Below, piece after piece: positions 40,818-48,185 of a stretch of 64,000 bases of DNA. A program made the translations under genes and the position numbers. The notes under the pieces were generated by a model. That model saw only the letters and a list, made by a program, of their open reading frames with translations. It made no database searches and was not told the DNA's origin. Origin of the DNA: Oceanispirochaeta sp. (GTDB taxonomy: Bacteria > Spirochaetota > Spirochaetia > DSM-2461); NCBI GenBank assembly GCA_963666275.2, contig CAXXOA010000001.1:1440001-1504000 (forward strand). Reading direction: 5' to 3'. Numbering within the stretch: the first letter of the stretch is position 1; the number at the start of each line of letters is the position of its first letter.

Positions 40818-42626
40818 ATGATAGTGAAAATGCGTAAAGTTTCCTTTATCTTTCTGGATTCCGAAAAAGATACGGCCCTGGAAAAGATACGGAATGCCGG
40901 GGTGGTCCACCTGGAAAGGACACCCGGTTCCAGTGAAACTCTTTCCACTCTGATTGCGGAAAAGGACAAGGTCCAGAGAGCCCTGGGGCGTCTGGATCAG
41001 AAAGCCAGGAAAGATTCTGTCTCCTATTCGCGGGAAACCGCCTGGGAGATGACAGAGAAAATCCTGGATGTTCTTGAGAGCATAAAAGAGACGGAAGACC
41101 GGATCAATCTTATCAAAGATGATCTGATCTGGTGGGAGCCCTGGGGGGATTTTGATCCTTCCGAGGTCGCCATTCTGGGAAGCAAAGGTGTATCGCTCCA
41201 TTTCTATGAGGCGACGAAAGCGGAATGGCAGGAGTTTGCAGAGGACAGCCGCTCTTTTGTGGTGTCTTCAGAAAAAAATACGGTTTACGGTATAGTCGTT
41301 GTGGCTGATGGAGAGGAGGCGCCTTCTGCGGACAGTGTCAAACTCCCCGAATACGGGGTGAGCGAACTGAATAAGCAGAAGCTGCATCTGGAAGAGAAGC
41401 TCAAAGGGCTGTATGAAGTACTGGATCAGTTCAGCGGTCAGCGGGAGATGCTTGAAAAGCTTCTTCAGGCTGTAGAGTCTGATCTGGAGTATCATGAAGT
41501 CAGAACCGGTCTGGGAAATGAAGAAATCCTGGATTATTTCACAGGTTTCATGCCTGCCAGGGATCAGGAGAAAATCCAGTCCCTTGCGTCCGAAAACGGC
41601 TGGGCTGTGATGTTCAGCGAACCCACGGAAGAAGACCGGGTTCCTTCGCTTGTTGAAAATAACAGGGTTGTGACGACCATCAAGCCTCTGTTTAACATTC
41701 TGGAGGTTCTTCCCGGGTATAGAGAGATGGATATCAGTCTGGATTTTCTGATCTCATTTACTCTGTTCTTTGCCATCCTTATCGGTGATGCCGGTTATGG
41801 TTCTCTCTTTCTTCTGATCACACTCTTTGTGAGGCTCAAATCGAAGAAGGGAGGTCCCGGATTCAACCTGATGTACCTGCTCAGTGCAGCGGCCATCGGG
41901 TGGGGTGTTATCACTGGTAACTGGTTCGGTTCTGTTTCTCTGGGTAACTGGGCGCCTCTCAAGGGGCTTGTTATTCCGCAGATTGCAGCCTTTCCGGAAC
42001 TGTTCGACGGCAATATTGACAGCAGCAATACGATCAAGTATCTCTGTTTTATTATCGGTACAGTCCAGTTGTGCATTGCCAGGCTGAAGAATTTTATATT
42101 CAAAATGCCTTCGCTGGTGGCATTCGAACAGCTCGGTTGGCTTATGATGCTGATTGGTATCTACCACATTGTTCTGTTTCTGGTTCTGGCTATCGGGCCG
42201 ATCCCGCCTTATGCGCTGAATCTGATCGGAGCGGGACTGATTGTGATCATCCTCTTCAGCAAACAGGAGAAGGGTGTCAATTTCTTCAAAGGCGTACTGA
42301 GAGGATTGAATCCCATAGGACTGTTCACCCTGTTCCTGGACTCCATAAGTCTTCTGTCGGATATCATTTCCTACATTAGACTCTTTGCTGTCGGTCTGGC
42401 GGCTCTGGCAATTGCCATAAGTTTCAATGCCATGGCTGCTCCGATGATGCACGGTCCGGCAATGATCGGCGGAATCCTGATTCTGCTGCTCGGTCATAGT
42501 CTGAATATCATTATGGGAGCCCTGGCTCTGATCGTTCATGGCGTCAGGCTCAATATGCTGGAATATTCCGGCCATCTCGATATGGAATGGTCCGGTATAA
42601 AATATGCGCCTTTTAAAAAAGGCTGA
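40818..42626 (+). CDS. ntpI: V/A-type ATP synthase subunit I
   Basis: MIVKMRK, LPGYREMD, GDAGYG, SDIISYIRLFAVGL, HGVRLNMLE. Confidence 0.95.
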   Translation: MIVKMRKVSFIFLDSEKDTALEKIRNAGVVHLERTPGSSETLSTLIAEKDKVQRALGRLDQKARKDSVSYSRETAWEMTEKILDVLESIKETEDRINLIKDDLIWWEPWGDFDPSEVAILGSKGVSLHFYEATKAEWQEFAEDSRSFVVSSEKNTVYGIVVVADGEEAPSADSVKLPEYGVSELNKQKLHLEEKLKGLYEVLDQFSGQREMLEKLLQAVESDLEYHEVRTGLGNEEILDYFTGFMPARDQEKIQSLASENGWAVMFSEPTEEDRVPSLVENNRVVTTIKPLFNILEVLPGYREMDISLDFLISFTLFFAILIGDAGYGSLFLLITLFVRLKSKKGGPGFNLMYLLSAAAIGWGVITGNWFGSVSLGNWAPLKGLVIPQIAAFPELFDGNIDSSNTIKYLCFIIGTVQLCIARLKNFIFKMPSLVAFEQLGWLMMLIGIYHIVLFLVLAIGPIPPYALNLIGAGLIVIILFSKQEKGVNFFKGVLRGLNPIGLFTLFLDSISLLSDIISYIRLFAVGLAALAIAISFNAMAAPMMHGPAMIGGILILLLGHSLNIIMGALALIVHGVRLNMLEYSGHLDMEWSGIKYAPFKKG

Positions 42627-42679
42627 AAACTTAAATTGAATTTTGAAGTTTGAAAAGAACTGAATTGAAGGAGATAGAA

Positions 42680-43111
42680 ATGAATATTGGATTAATCGGT
42701 TATGCTGCGGCTCTTGGATTGGCTGGTTTTGGTTCTGCATTCGGTGCAGGTGTGGCAGGACAGGCTGCAATCGGTGCTTGGAAAAAGGCTTTTGCCAATA
42801 ACAAACCCGCTCCCTTTCTGCTTGTTGCGTTCGTCGGTGCTCCTCTGACTCAGACAATCTACGGATTCATCCTTATGAATCAGATGATTGCGGCTATTGA
42901 AGCCGGCGGAGCGACTCTGGCTCATCTGGGAATGGGAATCTTCGGCGGTCTTGCCATGGGTGCTTCCGCCTATGCTCAGGGAAAAGCCGGTGCCGGTGCT
43001 GCAGATGCCATGGGTGAAACAGGAAAAGGTTTTGTAAACTACCTGATGGTTCTCGGTGTTATCGAGACTGTTGCCCTGTTTGCCATGGTATTCCTGATGG
43101 GTGCCCTCTAA
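42680..43111 (+). CDS. ntpK: V/A-type ATP synthase subunit K (four-TM rotor subunit)
   Basis: Hydrophobic; PLTQTIYG, AYAQG, VIETVA; AAGGAG before ATG 42680. Confidence 0.94.
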   Translation: MNIGLIGYAAALGLAGFGSAFGAGVAGQAAIGAWKKAFANNKPAPFLLVAFVGAPLTQTIYGFILMNQMIAAIEAGGATLAHLGMGIFGGLAMGASAYAQGKAGAGAADAMGETGKGFVNYLMVLGVIETVALFAMVFLMGAL

Positions 43112-43145
43112 TCGCAATCTGATTATCTGTAAATAAACGGAATAA

Positions 43146-43180
43146 GGCTGCTTTCCCATTCGGGAAAGCAGCTTTTTTTT
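43146..43180 (+). terminator. Intrinsic terminator of the V-ATPase operon
   Basis: GGCTGCTTTCCC-ATTC-GGGAAAGCAGCT running into a T-tract. Confidence 0.9.
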
Positions 43181-43298
43181 GTTCAGAATTTTTTGAGTCT
43201 ATAAATGTTTTTTATTGTATTTACAGATACAATTCGGATAGGCATTCTAATCTATTTAGTATACATACATTTTCCAATAGGTGTGATAGGATCATTGC

Positions 43299-44183
43299 GT
43301 GATCTATAATTATGAAACAGCGGCTAAAAAATATAATTCAGGATCATATTACTTTAATGCAAGGTGGTATGATGCCGGGACTGGTAGGTTTATATCTGAA
43401 GATCCGGCTCGTGACGGTTCAAACTGGTTCATTTACACCTACAATAACCCATTGAAATTCACCGATCCAACAGGCCTCGCTGCTTATGATGATGCTCCGG
43501 ATATGTCCCTTTCAGATGAGGATAAGGAAGAGATTCGAGCAGAGCGGGAACAAAATCAGAATGATGATGGTGAAAATAAAAAGGATGCGGAAAAAAAACC
43601 TGATGAATTATTAGAGCAGTCATGGGGTGAATTCTTTGCTGATTCGATGGAAGAATTTGTTTCAACCTTTGATCATTATACAGATTCGTATAATACAGCT
43701 AGAAATGAAGGTTTAATTGAAGGAGCTAAACAATTTACAGGAATTACTAACGTTGGTGATGCGATAGAGACCTTTGATGAAATTGGTATAGCAATAATGG
43801 GAGCAGGTGGTGTTTCTTTTGCAGGTCAAGTTGCGGCTCAATTAGAAAGTGCTACATCATGTATGGGTGCAAAAGCTGGTGCAAAAATGACCGAGTTAGG
43901 CTTAAAAACCCCAATGAAAAATGCTGGTGCTGCTCAAACACCTCGTTATTATAATCCCGAAACAGGACGTTTTGCTACTTCAGAACTTGCTGAAAGCAGA
44001 AAACAGGATGCTTATTCATCAATTGGTAAATTTAGTCGTGGTGTTGCAGAGGGTTATTTAGATGAATCTACACCAACATCAGAAAGTATTGCACCAGAAC
44101 CACGTTCAAGGCCACAAGCCGCTGGGCAAGCTGTTGGAAGAGGAATTCACCAGCTTCAGACAATTATGAAGGAGATCTTTTAG
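43299..44183 (+). CDS. Orphan RHS repeat-associated core plus variable C-terminal (toxin-tip) domain
   Basis: YYFNARWYD..TGRFISEDPARDG.NWF.Y..NNPLKFTDPTG; no YD repeats upstream; AT-rich. Confidence 0.85.
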   Translation: MIYNYETAAKKYNSGSYYFNARWYDAGTGRFISEDPARDGSNWFIYTYNNPLKFTDPTGLAAYDDAPDMSLSDEDKEEIRAEREQNQNDDGENKKDAEKKPDELLEQSWGEFFADSMEEFVSTFDHYTDSYNTARNEGLIEGAKQFTGITNVGDAIETFDEIGIAIMGAGGVSFAGQVAAQLESATSCMGAKAGAKMTELGLKTPMKNAGAAQTPRYYNPETGRFATSELAESRKQDAYSSIGKFSRGVAEGYLDESTPTSESIAPEPRSRPQAAGQAVGRGIHQLQTIMKEIF

Positions 44184-44684
44184 GTGATAATTATTGTTAT
44201 TGCTAGTATAATATTGTTGCTTTTTTTAATGAATCGCTATTTTTTTAATAAACCTTATAAACATAAAAATATTGGACTATCACAGTTAGAAAAATATTTA
44301 ATGATTTTAAGGAATAGTGGTTATGATGGCGGTTTTATTATTATTGAGAATGCAGTTACAAAAGAATTTGTTCAATTTCAGAAACATATCGATTCAAAAG
44401 GAAATATAACCCTTAATTCATCCTTCTTTCCAGTTGATTGGAATATGAAGTATTTTGGAGCCATAAAAGAGTACTTAGAAGAACAAGATTTTGAATATGA
44501 AATTATTGAAGACGAGGATGGAAAAGAAAGCATTGAGATTTTCTGTAATGATGATTTGTTGCTATGCGTTAAGTTAGTTAAAGATATAAATACCAAAGTA
44601 TTTGGAATGAATAAAGATGGAATGTTATTTTCTATATGGTTTGAAAATGTTTGTGAAAAGGATGTTTTGATAACTACAAAATAA
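44184..44684 (+). CDS. Putative immunity protein with N-terminal TM helix
   Basis: GTG abuts the Rhs stop; AAGGAG upstream; AT-rich; immunity role inferred from position only. Confidence 0.6.
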   Translation: MIIIVIASIILLLFLMNRYFFNKPYKHKNIGLSQLEKYLMILRNSGYDGGFIIIENAVTKEFVQFQKHIDSKGNITLNSSFFPVDWNMKYFGAIKEYLEEQDFEYEIIEDEDGKESIEIFCNDDLLLCVKLVKDINTKVFGMNKDGMLFSIWFENVCEKDVLITTK

Positions 44685-44703
44685 TTATGACTCATAACCA
44701 TGA

Positions 44704-45911
44704 TGTACAGTGACGGTATTCACCTGACAGTTGGCTAAAAAATAGAGGTGGCCATCTCATCTCCAGAAGATATAATGATTTTACCACAAATTGTTATATC
44801 AGGAGGATTCAATGGCCACCAACAGGACTGTAGCACAAAAGGCTACACGCAGAAAGATGAGCATGCTTGAACTTGCAGAGGATCTAGGAAATGTCAGTAA
44901 GGCATGTAAGATCATGGGCTATTCGAGACAGCAGTTTTACGAGATCAGAAGGAACTATCAAACCTATGGGTCTCAGGGGCTGGTAGATAAATTACCTGGT
45001 CCAAGGAATCCACATCCCAATAGGGTCTCTGATGAGGTTGAAAGGGCTATTCTGGATTATAGCCTTCAGTATCCAACACATGGCTGTGTACGCGTTGCTC
45101 AGCAATTAGCTTTAAAGAGCATATCTGTAAGCTCAGGCGGCGTCAGAGGGGTCTGGATAAGGCATAACCTAGAAAATAAGTATCAGAGACTTCTTCGGCT
45201 AGAAGAGCATCAGGGAAAGAAGAAAATCAATCTAACTGAGGACCAGATCAGACTCCTTGAACGTTTTGATCCAGAGTTTAAAGAAAGACATATTGAAACC
45301 ACATGTACGGGAGAACTTGTTTCTATAGATACATTTATGGTCGGGACGTTGAAAGGAGTCGGTAGAGTATATTTGCAGACAGTTATTGATTGTCACAACC
45401 GGTATTCATGGGGACGTTTATATACAAATAAAATGCCCGTCACAGCTGTTCATGTTCTTAATAATGATGTTTTACCATTCTATGAGGAGCATGGAGTGAA
45501 GATTAAAACAGTACTTACCGACAATGGACGTGAGTACTGTGGAAGAGAAGATCATCATCCTTTCGAGCTCTTTTTGCAGCTGGAAGAAATTGAGCATAGA
45601 ACAACTAAAGTTCGTCGTCCCCAGAGTAATGGATTCGTTGAACGGATGCATAGAACATTACTTGATGAGCACTTCAGAATCAAAGGGCGAGAGAAGTTCT
45701 ATGAGTCAGTTTCAGAGATGCAAAAGGATCTGGATATCTACTTGAAATACTATAATGAAGAGCGTGCTCATCAGGGTAGAAATATGAAAGGTAGAACACC
45801 AAAGACAGCATTTTTTGAAGGTATTCAAGAAGAGCAAAAAAGCGGTAATCCCGCATAAGAAGTTTCATTATTCTTCTGGAGAGAGTGTCAGGTGAATACT
45901 GTCATTAAACA
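44704..45911 (+). mobile_element. IS481-family insertion sequence, 1208 bp
   Basis: TGT...ACA ends; 26-bp IRs at 44704-44729 and 45886-45911 (22/26 match); 7-bp direct repeat ACCATGA at 44697-44703 and 45912-45918. Confidence 0.92.
44812..45858 (+). CDS. IS481-family DDE transposase
   Basis: HTH NVSKACKIMGYSRQQFY; IDTF..G.LKGVGRVY, TDNGREYCG, PQSNGFVER; AGGAGG before ATG 44812. Confidence 0.93.
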   Translation: MATNRTVAQKATRRKMSMLELAEDLGNVSKACKIMGYSRQQFYEIRRNYQTYGSQGLVDKLPGPRNPHPNRVSDEVERAILDYSLQYPTHGCVRVAQQLALKSISVSSGGVRGVWIRHNLENKYQRLLRLEEHQGKKKINLTEDQIRLLERFDPEFKERHIETTCTGELVSIDTFMVGTLKGVGRVYLQTVIDCHNRYSWGRLYTNKMPVTAVHVLNNDVLPFYEEHGVKIKTVLTDNGREYCGREDHHPFELFLQLEEIEHRTTKVRRPQSNGFVERMHRTLLDEHFRIKGREKFYESVSEMQKDLDIYLKYYNEERAHQGRNMKGRTPKTAFFEGIQEEQKSGNPA

Positions 45912-46046
45912 ACCATGAGCTCACCTGCCCAACTGCTGAACAATTCGTTCCGGAACCGGTAAAACGGTCAGGTGCAGCGTTCTTGTTATGATAGGCATTA
46001 TATTTTTCGCCGGAATGACTTTTTCCTGGTGAAGAATTTTTTCCGG

Positions 46047-46180
46047 GGTAGTGTCAAATATCTTTCGCAAATTTCAAAGACCTCAATCATCTTATCCAGT
46101 TACTACAATACATTCTCGTCCGTATTAAAGCCTATTAGAAGATTCATATTCAGATACTTTCTTTCACTCCAGGTCGATCC
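46047..46180 (-). pseudogene. IS256-family remnant: transposase C-terminus plus right terminal IR
   Basis: Minus strand reads GSTWSERKYLNMNLL...stop (46103), then TTTGCGAAAGATATTTGACACTACC; both resemble IS256 3' ends as recalled. Confidence 0.6.
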
Positions 46181-46209
46181 GTTCTGGCATCAGTAAAAAC
46201 GGTCAGCTG
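46180..46209 (+). repeat. Degenerate copy of the right half of the attC-like site
   Basis: CGTTCTGGCATCAGTAAAAACGGTCAGCTG versus CGTTCCGGAACCGGTAAAACGGTCAGGTG at 45946-45974. Confidence 0.6.
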
Positions 46210-46261
46210 ATTTTCCTATAAAAAAAGCATTCACTTGAGTAGCTTGAGAAGTCTTCTGATT

Positions 46262-46618
46262 TCAAATAAAGCGCCCGGGTGATACCTGAAAGATTTCAGC
46301 TAATTGATGTGCTGTTGCCTTACTGATTCCTCTGGTTCCACGTTCCATGGCAGAAATATTCTGCTTTGCCATTCCCAGTTTCTCTCCGAGCTGAGTCTGG
46401 CTCATTCCATTTCTTTTCCTGTAGCGTTTAAGAACCTGCCCGGGAGTAGATTTATTCGCCTTTTCCCTGTACCACGCAGTTTGAGTGATATCTACAAGCT
46501 CTTCATCATTATTAATAATTTCAACATTATGGTAGTTGTCAGTAAGAAATTTCAGGAGTTTTTCCGGAATCTCTTCAGCATTTATTTCAATATGGGGCTT
46601 TTTCACGACTGCCAGCAT
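46262..46618 (-). CDS. XRE/HigA-type HTH antitoxin
   Basis: LKRYRKRNGMSQTQLGEKLGMAKQNISAMERG HTH; overlaps the toxin 3' end. Confidence 0.85.
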   Translation of the reverse strand: MLAVVKKPHIEINAEEIPEKLLKFLTDNYHNVEIINNDEELVDITQTAWYREKANKSTPGQVLKRYRKRNGMSQTQLGEKLGMAKQNISAMERGTRGISKATAHQLAEIFQVSPGRFI

Positions 46619-46859
46619 AATAAACCTCCAATTCTAATTGGTCATCTGATATAATTCTCCAACAGGCAACCCATCTGTAATCCAAATGGCAATGGAATTC
46701 AGTCTTGTCGTTGTTCAAGGGACTGAAATTCTTCCAACCTTTCTGGATTGGTCCTGTCGCTCTCAAATCTTCTACAAGGTCAAAAAAGTCATCTTGCCGA
46801 GCGGAAGGCATCTTCTTCACATTTTTCAAGACTTTATTTTTTATCTCAACCTTGTACAT
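46587..46859 (-). CDS. RelE/HigB-like toxin
   Basis: MYKVEIK.KV.K...K.P..., FHCHL..RWVACW, EVYYAGSREKAPY; toxin-first order with an HTH partner. Confidence 0.7.
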   Translation of the reverse strand: MYKVEIKNKVLKNVKKMPSARQDDFFDLVEDLRATGPIQKGWKNFSPLNNDKTEFHCHLDYRWVACWRIISDDQLELEVYYAGSREKAPY

Positions 46860-46865
46860 GTATAA

Positions 46866-46894
46866 ATAGTAATGCAAATATGATTACCTGTAAA
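46866..46894 (-). promoter_or_regulatory. TA operon promoter with overlapping palindromic operator
   Basis: Minus strand TTTACA-17 nt-TACTAT, 6 nt before ATG; GTAAT-N9-ATTAC at 46869-46887. Confidence 0.65.
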
Positions 46895-47117
46895 TGTTAA
46901 AAACTTTAGTTTATGTATTTTCTCTATGATAAAATCAGTCTTTCAGATTTGCCGGATTACCATTAGTATCGAAATCGGGTTAAAAATTTCATAACTTTGG
47001 TTCTGTTTCATCCTGCTGGTTACTCCAAAACCTTTGCATTCTTCCATTTCTATCAAGAAAAATACTCTTCTGTCTTTTTCCCTAATCCTCTATAATACGG
47101 TTCATAAGGATTTTAAT

Positions 47118-48185
47118 ATGACACAGATTCATCAGGTAAAAATAGGCTCTGTTCTGATCGGAGGCGGAGCCCCGGTATCCATTCAGACTATGTGGGATAA
47201 ACCTGTAACCCGGATAGACGAAGAACTGCTGAAAACACTTGATTCTTTCCATAAAAAAGGCTGCGATATCATTCGTTTTGCCCTGCCCAGTCTCCAGGAC
47301 GTGGATGTTATCTCCCGTCTCATCCCTCAGGTGCCCATGCCTCTGGTGGGAGATATCCATTTCGATTATAAAATTGCGCTGAAAGCCATTGAGAAAGGTT
47401 TTCCCAAAATCAGGATTAATCCCGGCAATATAGGGGCGGACTGGAAGGTTCAGGAGATCATAAAAGCGGCGGCCGACAGTGGGACCGCCATCAGGATCGG
47501 AGCCAACGAAGGTTCCCTTTCGGCAGACCAGAAGAAAATCGCCGCCGATGATTCTCCCGAAGAAAGAGCCAAAGCCCTGGTGGCTGCGGCAGAGGCGAAT
47601 CTGGAACTGTTCGAACAGGCTGGTTTCAGGGATATAGTGATCTCACTCAAATCGTCGGATATCCATGTGACCTACCACAGCAACAGGCTTTTCCGGGAAC
47701 GCCACAGTTATCCGCTGCACCTGGGAATCACCGAAGCGGGACCTTTAATACCTGCAATAGTCAAATCTACGATCGGTTTGGCCGATCTTTTAAAGGAAGG
47801 GATTGGTGATACAGTCAGAATCTCCATATCAGACAATCCCGAATATGAAATCCTGGCAGCAGGGGAGTTGCTTCAGAATCTGGGGCTCCGCAAGGGACGG
47901 ATCAGGATTATTTCCTGCCCCAAATGCGGAAGATCCAGTTTTGATACCCACTCGTTCCTTGAATCTGTGAAGGAGGAACTTTATACTCTTCCCATGGATG
48001 TCTCTGTGGCTGTCATGGGATGTACAGTGAACGGTCCCGGTGAAGCCTCCCATGCAGATTTGGGAATCACAGGACATGGCAGGCAGATTCAGATTTTCCG
48101 GCATGGAAAAATCATTCGGAGGGAAGATCCTTGTTCAGCAAAAGAAGCTTTTCTGGAAGAGTTACGGCGTTTGCAGCAGGAGTAA
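47118..48185 (+). CDS. ispG: (E)-4-hydroxy-3-methylbut-2-enyl-diphosphate synthase
   Basis: DIHFDY, RINPGNIG, LHLGITEAG, GIGDTVR, ISCPKCGR, MGCTVNGPGEA. Confidence 0.96.
   Translation: MTQIHQVKIGSVLIGGGAPVSIQTMWDKPVTRIDEELLKTLDSFHKKGCDIIRFALPSLQDVDVISRLIPQVPMPLVGDIHFDYKIALKAIEKGFPKIRINPGNIGADWKVQEIIKAAADSGTAIRIGANEGSLSADQKKIAADDSPEERAKALVAAAEANLELFEQAGFRDIVISLKSSDIHVTYHSNRLFRERHSYPLHLGITEAGPLIPAIVKSTIGLADLLKEGIGDTVRISISDNPEYEILAAGELLQNLGLRKGRIRIISCPKCGRSSFDTHSFLESVKEELYTLPMDVSVAVMGCTVNGPGEASHADLGITGHGRQIQIFRHGKIIRREDPCSAKEAFLEELRRLQQE

Larger units (their letters stand above)
44692..45991 (+). repeat. Integron attC-like recombination site (85 bp when the IS481 is removed)
   Basis: Reconstructed TCATAAC-CATGA-GCTCACCTG...CAGGTGCAGC-GTTCTT-GTTATGA: complementary AAC/GTT cores, 5/6-nt spacers, inner arms with one extra base; 7 nt after a stop codon. 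Confidence 0.75.

Noticed and set aside
44696..45918. Alternative 8-bp target duplication AACCATGA
   Set aside because: The extra A on the right is needed for the terminal ACA that mirrors the left TGT, so 7 bp is preferred.
45972..46196. 74-aa plus-strand ORF after the IS481
   Set aside because: It starts inside the attC arm and runs antisense across the IS256 remnant; no Shine-Dalgarno or motif.
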